Below the pieces are notes generated by a model. It was not told the origin of the DNA. It saw only the letters and a program-made list of their open reading frames with translations, and searched no databases. A DNA stretch of 64,000 nt, taken from positions 4,402,001 through 4,466,000 of the forward strand of contig OZ193909.1 in the NCBI GenBank assembly GCA_964276515.1, in the 5' to 3' direction. This document shows positions 38,449 to 51,797 of this stretch, piece by piece; the stretch's first letter is position 1, and every line of letters starts with the position of its first letter. The position numbers and the translations under genes are program-made. Source of the stretch: Gordius albopunctatus. Lineage: Eukaryota.

Positions 38449-39649
38449 TGCCCGGCCCGAAATGGTGTGTTTTAAAATTTTTAGCACTAATATCGTATAC
38501 ATTTAAAAATTTTATATTAATTTTTGATTTTTTTTAAAAATGACAACTAGGATTAACAAATATTATAAAATCAATTAAAAAAGTGGCAAAATATATACAA
38601 AAACAATATAATACATTATTTTAAAAACGAAATTGAGCCCGAATCGCCCGCATCTTGTTATGGTGCCCGCCCGGGCGCGCCTGAAAGTTAAAATTTACGA
38701 CAGTTGCCCGGCCCGGCTATAAATTTGTATTATGATCATACTATCTTGGACTAATCTAGTTCCTTCAAAGTTTATATTTTAAAGAACACTTGATCATTTT
38801 TCAAGGTTTGGACTTTGGACTAATTAAAATTAGTTTATTTCAAAAAAACTTCAAAAGGTTTAACTTCTGATGTTTGAGTATAATAGGGCTTTGTATTTAT
38901 TTGTTCCCCCCCCCTCTGCGACAGCTAAAGAATCATTGTTGTAGTTAGAGGGGGCAAATAGGTCAATACATGTGGAGTCCCATTTAAGGTGAAGACGATT
39001 GCTCCATGGGACTAAAGAAGATCAAGCAGGACGCATACGCCCCTCCAAGGAGGGGTCCGATGGATCCAAGATGGATGGGATCTTTGCTCTCTTCAGAGCA
39101 CTTTGAATTAAGGCATTGGCCTTATTGTGCCTTACATATTTCAATTTGTTTGCCAGGCAGTGTAAGGGATGCCTGGCTTGTTCGTCAAAATTTAAACGTC
39201 ACATAACGCTTCGTACTAAATGGTTGCTGTCGGTGCCCTATCAACTCGCCAAAAACCATCTCGCCGAATGTATTGTCCCCCGGTTAAAAAAGGTCCCCTA
39301 ATTTAAAATCGTCCCCCATTCAACCGGTTCCTAGGCTAAATCCCCAAAGCACATAATCCCGAATTTCAATGCTACACTTTTACACCATTTAATCGTATCA
39401 ATGCATTTGCCAACAGTTCACTTACCTAAACTCACATCTCACCTAAACTCCTGTCCATTTTTAATTTTTAAGCCTAAAATGTCTAAAGTTCAATATAATT
39501 ATGTAATACCAATCATTTGAATAATATAGAATTTGTTTGAAACAATGGTAATCTGGGTTTGATAAAATTCCACCCTCTCATTTTAGCAATCGATTACAAA
39601 TGTAGAACTAATAAATGTGCACAATATTTCTAGTAAGTTAAAAACACCT

Positions 39650-39860
39650 TTTATTATTCCAACATCCCTTATTTGTAAGTTTATTTATAAAAATTCTATT
39701 ATTTTTATAAATGGTGTATCAGTTCCTTCTACAAATCCTAAGTCTCTCCCATATCCAGCTATTATTCCAACATCCCTTATCTGTAAGTTTATTTATAAGC
39801 ATTCTTTGATTTTTATAAAGGGTGTATCAGTTCATCCTGCAAATCCTAAGTCTCTCCGAG
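39650..39860. repeat. Two-copy tandem repeat (~109 bp)
   Basis: TATTATTCCAACATCCCTTAT...AAATCCTAAGTCTCTCC occurs twice. Confidence 0.75.
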
Positions 39861-39891
39861 CTCCTGCCTCACCTTTTAGTCACCCCACAAC

Positions 39892-41168
39892 TAGAAGCCT
39901 GCAAATTCACTTTTTTCCAACCCGAACCCGACCCGAAAGCGTTTTTAAATTTTCAACCCGAACCCGAATTGAAGCGTTTTTAAAATTTCAACCCGAACCC
40001 GACCCCACCCGAAAGCGTTTTTAAATTTTTAACCCGAACCCGACCCGATCCGAAAGCGTTTTTAAATTTTCAACCCGGATTCGAACAAGTAGAAAAATTT
40101 GAGGATAAAAGATTTATTCGACAGAAATGATCATACAAAATTTGATTAATAAATTTATTAAATTGATTTACTATAATTATGTATAAATATGATGGCGTCT
40201 ACAATTTCGGGGCGTAAATTCGACCTTCTCTCTTCTATAATTCTCCCAGCAGTGGAAAAAGACCTCTCACTACTGGTAGAAGAAGCGGGTATGGCCAAAA
40301 ATTTACGAGCTAATTTGGACAATGTCGGATATTTACACGAATTAATCTTCCACCATTCCAAAAGCTCGTAATTTTCATCCTTCTTCGTGATTTTGTGATT
40401 AATGTATTCTTCGAGTTCGCCCTTTCCTTTCACATTATCGTCCATACAATTTTCTTCCCACCTAGAAAAATCGAGAAACGTGGATTGGGCATCCTTATTT
40501 TCTACAAAATAAACAAATAATAATTATATGTTAAATACCTAGCTGAGTTCCCTTCAATGTTTCCCTTTCACCAACTACCGGCTTTTTTTGTTCACATTCA
40601 TGACTAAAAAATAATTGAATCTCATTATAAACATTATTGAGCTCCTGGGGCATCAACATCTTTATTGCTTTATATTTTGTACTAAAAAATGTTGCAATTT
40701 TATAATACTGATCCAAATCAATTTTTTTATTCAAAATTTTTTGGCACCTTTTGGCTAAGTCTTTTAGCTCAAAAGGCAAATTAGAAATTAAACCATGATT
40801 TAATTTAAAAAACAAAAGAAGGACTTTATGTAGAGTTGGAGCCTTGTCAGCCTCAAGCTCGGTAATTGCAAGATTAAACGGGGTCAGAAATTCAATCAAA
40901 TCTTTTATAATCACGATGTTGACGCATTTAATTTTGCTGAAATCACCACCATGAGATGTCAAAATAACCTCCATTTCTTCATAATCTTTCTAAAATTATA
41001 GATAATAGCATTAATTTAACAAATACGTTTCGTTCATTTTGTAATGTAAGAATCCTTTGACCCGACTCTATAAATCCAACCCGATCCGAATGCATCCTAA
41101 AATTTTCAAACTGACCCCCCCCCCCCGAAAATTTTTAACCCTATTTGGGTTACCCATGCAGGCCTCTA
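39892..41168 (-). mobile_element. Internally deleted hAT transposon
   Basis: TIR TAGAAGCCTGCA/TGCAGGCCTCTA; perfect TSD cccacaac; ACCCG subterminal repeats; transposase C-terminal fragments at 40531-40974 and 40158-40445 (WWK..KYPTLSKLARKFLAIPASSTSSERSFS). Confidence 0.92.
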
Positions 41169-42453
41169 CCCACAACTCATATTTGTAATTGCAAATATCC
41201 ATGTAAGGATCTGTAACCTTTCCATGAGGGGATTAGTATTATAGCGAGGATTAGTATTATAATTTGTATTTTTGTGTTATATAAAATGTTGATTATCAAT
41301 GTTGTAACGTATTGACAAAATATTTTATATATTGGTATCAGGTGTTTTTGTATTTTTCGATCTGGATATTAATTAAACAATTACCTACACCTTGTAAGAG
41401 AAAACGACTGTTAGTCGGGGCGGACCTATCTATCTATCTACCTACACCTTTTGAATAAATATTTTGAGTACATCATTTCGAAGAGTGTGTTAAAGCTAAA
41501 CAATTGGAGCTAAACAATCCATATAAATGTATTTACAAGTGTATGATTTAATTTCTGATATATAAATAAAATTTGTTTCTTGTTTTATAAATACTTATTA
41601 AGTAAAAAGTTACTCAAGCTATTTCCTTTTTTAAATGTAACAGCTTTAATTTCAGTGTAACTGTAAAACTGCAGGAGATTTTTAGATAACTCTTAAGTAA
41701 ATTTTCTTACTGATTTCAATTATAAAAGGCAAATGATTTGTATACTAATATTTTAATAAGTGATTTTAACTTTAATCATCAGTAATGAAAGATAATATTC
41801 ATTAGAATAGATTTGCTAAACACATCCATGAACATTAAAAAAACAAGTGAAAGTAGGGAATATTTTTAACTCCTACCCTTTAAATTATAAAAAAAATATC
41901 ATTAAAAATTTAATTATATATTGCTAATAGCATAGTAATGATAAGAACATATAAAATAAGGTATCAAATTTAATTTGTTGTAGATTGAAAAGAAAGTTAT
42001 ATTAAGTATTTATGAACAAACATTAGTATGATAAGTCCATTAATTTATAATTTGTTAGTGTATTAAATTGCTTAGCATTAATATAAATATAAAGTATAAA
42101 CTCCTCAAACTAAATGAATTTTGATTACCTAAATTAATATTAAAATTTTTAATACACTTAATGTTCGACAACAGAATTTAAATTAACTTTTTAAAAGTAT
42201 AATCAATCTTTAAAAGATTGTTAATCCATCATAATGCATACAAAGTCTAATAAAATATTAAAGCAATAATATTAAATGTTTTATTGTATAAAGCTAACAA
42301 TATATATAAATTTGTTCCAGATTTTATAAATTTTCATGTACAAGTAGATATAAAACATTGCACCCAAATCTGGCTTCTTGAATTAATTGAAAGTAATTGT
42401 TAAGGGCTGATATTTATTCACGTAAACCATTAGGAGTGTGATACAAAAACACG

Positions 42454-45400
42454 ATGAAAAAGTGTCGTGGCGTATATACCCAACGCCTTTATATGTTACA
42501 ACCAATTAACGATAATTTGATCGCCAACGCGCGTGTAAATAACATCAACACGCAGGTAACTATCGTATCCCTGGAGGCACTTTACCTCTCTACAGTTCCC
42601 CCTTTTCACAGACCAAATCCTTACGGAATGCTGGCGGTTTTTTTGGGGTCTTCTCCTCGACAAAATTCACTATGTAGCGCTCCATGGCGGTTCGCGAATT
42701 CCATTTGGCTAGCTCCCATACGTCTTTTCCGAACTCTTTTATCAGTGCTTTCCGAGTACAGGCGGTCCCTTTACATCCGCCACCAACAGCGGCAGCGATA
42801 AATCCACAGAAGACAATATTCTTAAACGAGGATCAGGTAAAATCATTTCAAAGAGCTAGTGATGCGGAAAAACCGAGAAAAATCTGGGTCTCGACGAAAC
42901 GAGAATTTGAAAATTGGAGTCGAGATCAAGACGAGAATTTTGATGTCGAGACGAGACGAGATTTTTTCGGCGAGATCTCGACTTTTTCTTGATTTTTAGA
43001 TTTTAGTAAATTATTGTGTATTTTAATTTGCATGATTTACATTTAAGGTATTAAGTTTAAATCAATATGTATGGAATATATTTGATATTAAAAAAATTCC
43101 TAAGTGTAGTAAATATTATATATTTTTGCAAAAAATTTAAAATTTGGCAATCAACTACCTAAGTAAGGTTGACCCATAGGGTATGTTAATGATTTTATAA
43201 ATCACAAATTTATATCCATAGCATTATTAAATATAAAAAAAATTTTAGGGTTAAAATGAGTTCTGATGGAATAGTAAATATTACTAAAGCATATTTATAT
43301 TTTGCAGTTACTCATCCTGCATAAAGCGGTAATTATAAATTGGTAGTCAATCAGTTTGAATAAGTGGCTCTAGATTTTTGAGCACCAGCCTAACGATTTC
43401 AAAAGTACAATAGAGTATTTAATGACACCTAACTAGATGAAAATTAAATCATGGATTTTTTTAAAGTTTCTATGCTTCAACTAGTAGTATATCTTCCAAC
43501 TTTTTTAATATTAATAAGACATTAGGTGAATACATAGTTTTGTCAAATGCATTACTTTTCACATTATGAGCACGGTTGGTAGGTGCATTTAAATTTATTA
43601 TGTTTCCATAATTGTGCAATATAAAATAAATACACGAACCTATACTGTATTCGATAAATAATTATTTAATGGCAAAGTTAGTTGGAATTGGAAGGTAATT
43701 ATTTGGAATATAAATTTGATTATAATAGTTTCTATCATAAATTTAAATACGTGCAATTTAAAGTTTAAAACCTTATCTTATTAATCCTATAATAATGCTA
43801 CTTTTATTGTTGTTTTTACAACGTTTTGATATGTGCACCTAGTTATCAATTCTGTAAACAATAATATTATAATTAAAAGTCACTCGCACTTTTTGGTTAA
43901 AAACGCTATAGTAAACATGCAATAAACACTATGGCATATAATGGATGATGGTAACAATAGACTTAGTCTATTAAGAAGCTTTAGCCAGGGTTAATAAAGG
44001 GTCTCAATTTGTTAAATTATGCAAATAGGTCAACTATAAGCGAACGTATTATTAAGTCTATTTATAGTTGACAAAAACAGTGAATTTGATAAAAATGTTA
44101 TAATTTGCTAGAACAATCACATTTAATTTTCTATACTTCAAATTTATTTATAGTCTTTTAGTCTGCACTTTCCATAGAAAATGTTATCTTTATGAATTAA
44201 TTCATATCTTTATATTGTCAATGAGATGTCGTGTCCCGCTAAATATTTGTAAAGTTTGTGTATTAAAGTTTTTTAAAAAATATCAAAATTTGCCATTTAG
44301 ATTTTTAAACACTTTTTTAATATTTTTAATAAAACAGGAGAAATTTTTATTCAGTATATATTTGTTTTTAAAAAGTCGAGATGAGAAGAGAATTCTCATC
44401 GAGACGAGATTTTTCTATGCCGAGACGAGATCGAGATTTTCATAATCGCTCCCGAGACGAGACGAGATCGAAACACTCGTCGTGTCCCGATAAATCTCGA
44501 AAAAGTTTGTGTTTTAAAGTTTATCAAAAAATATAAAAATTTGCCATTTTAATTTTTAAACACTTACTTAATATTTTTAATTAAACAGGAGAAATTCTTA
44601 TTCCGTATATATTTTTTTAAAAAGTCGAGACGAGACGAGATCGAGATTTTTCTAGACCGAGACGAGATCGAGATTTTCATAATAGCTCCCGAGACGAGAT
44701 TTTGTTTTCGAGAACGAGACGAGATCGAAACACTACAAAAAGCAAAAACTGCGCTTTGTAATTTTACCGCCTTAACCTTTTTGGATACGGGACCTAATAT
44801 TCAAATAACCTTAACCACTGACGCCTCCAATTCCACAGTGGGTGCTGTCTTGCAACAAGTAATAGCAGGAAAATATTTTCCATTTGCGTTATTTTCGGCG
44901 AAATTGCAACTAACGCAACAGAGATACAGCACATTCGGACGCGAACTCCTCGCAATATACTTAGCGATCAAAAATTTTAGACATATTTTAGAAGGACGCG
45001 TTTTTATAATCTACACCGATAATAAACCACTGATTTATGCGTTCGGCGCGAAACCTGATCGTTATTCCCCCCGAGAAACGCGACATCTGGATTTAATATC
45101 TCAATTTTATACCGATATACGATACATTAAAGGAGAAAGCAATACGATAGCTGACACTTTATCTCGGATCGAGGTAGATTCAATCCAACTTTCAAAGATA
45201 CCGGGCATTGTGGATCTCGCGTCAAATCAAAACATTACAGAAATACAAAAGAATCTACAAAATACCTCCTTCAATTTACAGGAAATGCCCATCCCCAGTT
45301 CTGATAAACGAGTTCTTTGCGACGTTAAGACTGGCAAGCCAAGACCAGTTGTACCCGGGCAACTTCGCCGAAAAATATTCGACCATTTTCATGGAATTTC

Positions 45401-45830
45401 ACACCCTGGCATTCGCGCAACAAGTAAAATGATTTCGAAACTATATGTTTGGCCTTCTATGAATCAAGACATCAAGAAATGGGCCAAATGCTGTTTAAAT
45501 TGCCAGAAAAATAAAGTTTACAGACACACTGTAACGACACCTGGTACTTTCGCAGAACCTGATGCACGATTTTCTCATAACATATCGATATAGTAGGACC
45601 TCTACCTCCATCTAATGGTTTTCCATATATTTTAACTGTAGTGGATCGTTTTTCGAGATGGCCCATGGCCGTTTCACTAAAATAAACGTCCACAGAGCAA
45701 ATCGCCAGTAAACTAATTGTAATTGAGAGATGGATTGCTAATTATGGAGTCCCTAGTACGATCACTACAGACAGAGGCTCCAAATTCCAGTCTAACCTAT
45801 TCAAAGAATTATCTAACATTCTAGGATGTG
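42454..45830 (+). pseudogene. Fragmentary Gypsy LTR retrotransposon pol (RT connection, RNase H, integrase)
   Basis: LTTDASNSTVGAVLQQ, YSTFGRELLAIY, H...HPGIRAT...C..CQK zinc finger, IVGPLPPSNGFPYILTVVDRFSRWP, ITTDRGSQF; frameshifts and stops; split by a hAT element. Confidence 0.85.
42857..44735. mobile_element. Non-autonomous hAT element (TCTCG family), opposite orientation to the 37054 copy, with duplicated right end
   Basis: TAGTGATG...AAACACTA; TSD caaagagc/caaaaagc; Gypsy frame FQRA|KTALC rejoins across it; ~44229-44477 repeated at ~44480-44735. Confidence 0.88.
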
Positions 45831-45835
45831 AGCCC

Positions 45836-46905
45836 AATAGGATCTCAACAATCCTTTGAATAATATCAGGTATCAATAAATTGTTAATCTTATTATTGTA
45901 GTGTCATTACGTCCACCTTCTTCCAATACTCCAAACAATTCATAGGATCTCAACAACCTTTTGAATAATATCAGGTATCAATAAATTGTCAATCTTATTG
46001 TTATTGTAGGGTACAATTCATAGGATCTCAACAACCTTGCAAATCCACCTTCTTCCAATATTCCAAACAATTCATATGATCTCAAAAACCTCGCAAATCC
46101 ACCTTCTTCCAATATTCCAAACAATTCATAGGATCTCAGCAACCTTTTGATTAATATCAGGTATCAATAAATTGTTAATCTTATTGTTGTTGGGTCATTA
46201 CGTCCACATTCTTCCAATACTCCAAACAATTCATAGGATCTCAACAACCTTTTGAATAATATCAGGTATCAATAAATTGTTAATCTTATTATTGTAGGGT
46301 CATTACGTCTACCTTCTATCAATACTCCAAACAATTCATAGGATCTCAACAACCTTTTGAATAATATCAGGTATCAATAAATTGTTAATCTTATTGTTAT
46401 TGTAGGGTACAATTCATAGGATCTCAACAACCTCTAAATCCACATTCTTCCAATACTCCAAACAATTCATAGGTTGTTGAGATCCTATGAATTGTTTTGA
46501 GTATTGGAAGAAAGTGGATGTAATGACCCTACAATTCATAGGATCTCAACAACCTCGCAATTCCACCTTCTTCCAATACTCCAAACAATTCATAGGATCT
46601 CAACAACCATTTGATTAATATCAGGTATCAATAAATTGTTAATCTTATTGTTGTAGGGTCATTACGTCCACCTTCTTCCAATACTCCAAACAATTCATAG
46701 GATCTCAACAACCTTTTGGATAATATCAGGTATCAATAAATTGCTAATCTTATCGTTATTGTAGGGTACAATTCATAGGATCTCAACAGCCTCGCAAATC
46801 CACCTTCTTTCAATACTCCAAACAATTCATAGGATCTCAACAACCTTTTGAATAATATCAGGTATCAATAAATTGTTAATCTTATTGTTATTGTAGGGTC
46901 ATTAG
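45836..46905. repeat. Complex tandem array, ~105-bp unit with partial units and one inverted segment
   Basis: CAATTCATAGGATCTCAACAACC recurs (e.g. 46227 and 46332); inverted unit at ~46471-46535. Confidence 0.9.
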
Positions 46906-47989
46906 TTATAATTTTCATATTTTATTTAAAGATATGTTTAAAACACAAATAGACCATATTTAAGGATATATTTTTATTTACTAATCATAACTCATCTGAA
47001 TTTGTACCATCATTATTTAAGTTTTTAAGTAATCTATAGCAAAATAAAATGAGATTGATTTATAGTATTTGTGGAATTATTTTGGTCAAAAAATATATTT
47101 ATTCTGGGATGATTGTGAAAATAACGATTAAACTTGCAATTATTATCCACTAATCAAACATTAATTCTCCTCAGTTCATTGTTTGCATGATTTAAAAGAG
47201 ATTTTTTTCAACATACCCTATTTATAGGTAACAATGCCAGCTAAACGCAAAAAGAACAATTTAGGTCATCAAACAAAAAAGAATTCATTAATGAAAAAAA
47301 TAAGATCTCAAAGAACAGACGAACAAATCCTACAAAACAATGCAGATAAGCGTGTGAGCATGGCACAAATACGTGAATCACAATCGTAAGAGGCACAAGA
47401 TGAACGAAATCAACAAAGACGATTAAAAAAACAAGCCCGCCGATTTGTAAGTAACACACATAGAGAAAATGACCTACAACGTCAACAAGTACATCGAGCT
47501 TTTAAATCGGCTTCATTCCTTCGACTAGCATTCCAGTATGAGCCTGATGTTGAATATTACGCCCATTCCAAAGTGGTCATTGGTTATATAGACAAGGAAT
47601 GTCCACATTGTCATGCACTTAAATTTAAAAATGAGCCACCAGGGATGTGTTGCGCATCAGGAAAAGTACAACTAACGGCAATTGAAGCACAACCTGAACC
47701 ATTGCACGGCTTACTAATTGGCACGGATCCTGATTCTAGCCTATTCCTAAAGTCAATTCGCACATTTAATTCATGCTTCCAAATGACATCGTTCAGAGCA
47801 ACAGAATTAGTTAAAACTGATGCTGGAAACGGTCAGCTATTTAATTCAACGTTCAAAATTAAAGGCCAAGTTTTTCACAAAGTTGGCTCACTGCTGCCAA
47901 TGCCAAACGATTCCTATAAATTTTTACAAATTTACTTTATGGGTAGTGAGGACTCTGAACGCGCACTAGCGAATCGCGTAGATGTACGT

Positions 47990-49719
47990 TTGAGCCCTGC
48001 ACGGGTGACCCGAAACCCGACCCGACGCCCGGGTCGGGTTCGGGTTGAAAATTTTAAAATACCTTCGGATCGGGTTGAAAATTTTATAATAGTTTCGGGT
48101 CGGGTCGGGTTGAAGGTTATAAATCTTATATTTCATAACAAACATATCTTTCAAATTAATGCTATTACATATAAAACATTTTTTAATTAATTTTGAAATG
48201 TATCATTAATTAATCTCATTCATTCATTTAATTGATTGAAGAGGATAAGAAAACAGGTGATAATGTAAGTAAAGAATTGCTAAGACATTTTACATCTCAA
48301 GGTACTTTATTAAATTTTTATAAATATTTTTTAAAGGATATGCCAGGGATGACTTTGTTAACTTATCACGGATCAAGGGTCGAATATGATTAAGGCGCTT
48401 GAATCCCAGAAGCGCCTTAATTGTGCTTGCCATTTATTAAATACAGTGTTGAGAAACACTTTCGATGAGGAAGTGTTGAAGAAAGATTTCTTGGAAATTT
48501 ACAATTGTCTAAAAGTCACTAAACTTTTAGTTACGTATATGAAACAGTCTGGGTATAATATTTATTTATATTAATTAGACGCTCATAATTTTATTTTAGC
48601 TTGATTAATAGATTAGATAGAAAATTACATGGTTATGTAGAGACGCGGTGGAATAGCCGTTTTAAAATGCTAGACTCGGTGTTGAAGAATTATGAAGAGG
48701 TCGAAACGCTTTTGACCTCTACCGGGGACTCTTCAAAGATAAAATGTATTGACATTTATATGCTTGATGAGTTGGCAAAGTTCTTAACGCCATTCAATAT
48801 GGCAATTACAGAACTTGAGGCTGACAAGGCCCCAACTTTAAATAAAGTCCTTTTATATTTTTACAAATTAAATGATTTCACCAAAAATTACGACATTAAA
48901 TCAGAACTACATGGTATTGCCAAAAGGTGCAAGCAAATATTAAATAAAAAATTCGATCAAGATATGTACTACAAGATAGCTACATTTTTGACGCCGAAAT
49001 ACAAACAGATGAAAATGTTGCAGCCTGAAGAGCTCTATGACGAGATGAGGTCATTAATGAATGATAAAAGTTGCGAAAGTCTAAAGGAAAAGCCAGTTGT
49101 TGAAAGGGAGGTATCAAAGGAAAATAATCAGCTAGGTATTTAACATATAACTTCATGTTAAAATATATTTTAGAAAATAATGCTAACTTGTCTTTCATGG
49201 ATTTTTCCGGTTGGGAGGAATGTGCAGATGAAAATGTTCAAGAAAAAGATGAACTTGATGAATATATTCATTATAAACCTACAAAAAAGGATGATGAAAT
49301 ATACGACACATTAGAATGGTGGAGAATATATTCTTATAAATATCCTGCTTTAGGGTTATTGGCTCGTAAATTTCTGGCCATACCTGCCTCCTCTGCGTCC
49401 AGTGAGAGATCTTTTTCTACAGCTGGATACATTTTAGAAGATAGGAGGTCGAGTTTACGACCTGAAATTGTAGACGCTATTATATTTATACATAATTATA
49501 ATAATTCTCTCAAATAAATTTATTATTCAAATTCGTGGCATCAAATTGTTTCTCCAATTTATTTTGGCAAATCAATTTAAAATATTTAAAACGCTTTCGT
49601 GTCTGGTCATTTTTGGGTTGAAAAATTTTTAAACGCTTTCGGGTCCGGTTCGGGTTGAAAAATTAAAAACGCTTTCGGGTCGGGTTCGGGTTGAAAAAAT
49701 GTGACTTTGCAGGGCTCTA
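47990..49719 (+). mobile_element. hAT transposon (deleted), same family as the 39892 element
   Basis: TIR TTGAGCCCTGCA/TGCAGGGCTCTA; TSD atgtacgt/acgcaggt; CACHLLN, ETRWNS and WWR..KYPALG..LAIPASSASSERSFS motifs. Confidence 0.92.
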
Positions 49720-50054
49720 ACGCAGGTTGCGGTTACAATAACATTAATTCACCTTTTGCCAGACGCATCGTCAGCGATCTGGACGTTCTGTTGACTGAGC
49801 ACAATGAATTGTTAAAATTATTTAAAGCACACATGCCCAAATTAATATGTGACAAACACACTATTGTCATCTATCCTGATAAAACACCTGCAGGACAGCA
49901 TATACCTCCTGTTTGTAAACTATAATAATATAAATCCTCTAAATTATGTTTTTCCAGATCTTCCAATAAAAGGACGGTGGGGTCGAGAGGAGGGATGGCG
50001 GGTTATAAACGGATCAGGAATTTGTTTTAGTTAAGTATATTAACACATTATTAA

Positions 50055-51797
50055 TTGCTATGCAATTTATGGGCTCGTTTTTGGTTGTCCGTCCGTCCGT
50101 CCGTCGTCCACCAAGTTATTTACACCAGCTTCCCGACCTGGAGGTTGCGGGTTCGAGACCCGGAGAGGACAAAATTTTTTTTTTTTTTTAAATTAAATTA
50201 ATATTTTGTTCTTGTTAATACCATTGATAATATGACTTTTTGACCGTCCGCAGGGTACTGACCAATGAAAAAATGACCACTGGCCAGATAAATCGAAATT
50301 TTTAATTTTTCGTTTTTGAATAGTTTAACATTGATAATTACCCTATGCCCTCCCCTACAAGGGCCTATGGCTCTATTTATATGGTTCCCTGTTCCCCTCC
50401 AAAGGCTTATGCCTCTATTTAATGTGGGTTTGAATCCCGGCGAACGTTCTAAATTGATGGTTCGAGACCCGGAGAGGACAAAAATTTTTATTTTTTTTTA
50501 AATTAAATTAATATATTGTTCCTGTTAATACCATTGATAATATGAATTTTTGACCGTCCGCAGGCTACTGACCAATGAAAAAATGACCACTGGCCAGATA
50601 AATCGAAATTTTTAATTTTTCGTTTTTGAATAGTTTAACATTGATAATTAACCTATGCCCTCCCCTACAAGGGCCTATGGCTCTATTTATATGGTTCCCT
50701 GTTCCCCTCCAAAGGCTTATGCCTCTATTTAATGTGGGTTCGAATCCCAGAGAGGGCAAAATTTTTATTTTTTTAATTAATTTAATATTTTGTTCTTGTT
50801 AATACCATTGATAATATGACTTTTTGACCGTCCGCTGGCTACTGACCAATGAAAAAATGAACATTGGCCAAATAAATTGGGTTAGAATCCCGGAGTTTTT
50901 TTTGACTCTTATGATTGTTCTTGTTACTATCAATGATAATAAGACTTTTTGGCCGTCCGCTGGCTGCTGACCAATGAAAAAAATGACCATTGGCCAAAAT
51001 GTGTATCCGAGTTTATTTTTTCGTTTTTTTTGAATATTATGATTGTTCCTGTTCCTACCATTGCTATTATGACTTTTTGGCCGTCCGCTGGCTGCTGACC
51101 AATGGAATAAAATGACCATTGGCCAAAATGTGATTCGAAAATTTTTTTTTCGTTTTTTTTGACTGTTATGAATTTATATCCACTTTTACCGTGTCCTGGC
51201 TGCTGACCAATGGAAAAAAATGACCATTGGCCAAAATGTGAATCGAAATTATTTTTTCCGTTTTTTTTGACTATTATGATTGTTCCTGTTCCTACCATTG
51301 CTATTATAACTTTTTGGCCGTCCGCTGGCTGCTAACCAATGGAATAAAATAACCATTGGCCAAAATGTGATTCGAAAAATTTTTTTTCGTTTTTTTTGAC
51401 TATTATGAATTTATATCCACTTTTACCGTGTCCTGGCTGCTGACCAATGGAAAAAAATGACCTTTGGCCAAAATGTGATTCGAAAATTTTTTTTTCGTTT
51501 TTTTTGACTATTATGATTGTTCCTGTTCCTACCATTGCTATTATGACTTTTTGGTAATACAAATCCCGTAGAATTTAACTAACCATAAAGCTTCCCCTTC
51601 GCTCCCTCTCTCCCCCTTTATGATATTTGGCATATACACTTATTTAGTGCTTCCAACCTTCGTTTTGCAATATTCACGTAAGTATTTCCATAAATTGCAT
51701 AGCAAATATGATACATTTATACGGAGTTTAGATGAGTTCCCCCTTCCCTCCCCTCCTCCCCTTCCCCCTTCCCACGAGGGCCGAAGGCCCGAGTTTT
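50055..51797 (+). mobile_element. DINE-1/HINE-like non-autonomous Helentron element with internal tandem repeats
   Basis: 18-bp sub-terminal inverted repeats at 50055-50072 and 51688-51705; (GTCC)n at 50087-50102; central tandem repeats; 3' hairpin GGGCCGAAGGCCC at 51778-51790 followed by a T-run. Confidence 0.8.

Noticed and set aside
39234..39246. TGCCCTATCAACT match to a conserved 18S rRNA word
   Set aside because: 13-nt match with no flanking rRNA similarity.
45836..46905. CRISPR-like array or repeated exon-intron coding unit
   Set aside because: Intervening sequences are repeated rather than unique spacers, the context is eukaryotic, and the 73-nt exon-like part has stops in all three frames.
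50120..50175. tRNA gene
   Set aside because: Only a T-arm/B-box-like segment; no D-arm or acceptor stem could be built.
50799..51562. Repetitive minus-strand ORFs
   Set aside because: Products of tandem repeats inside the HINE-like element.
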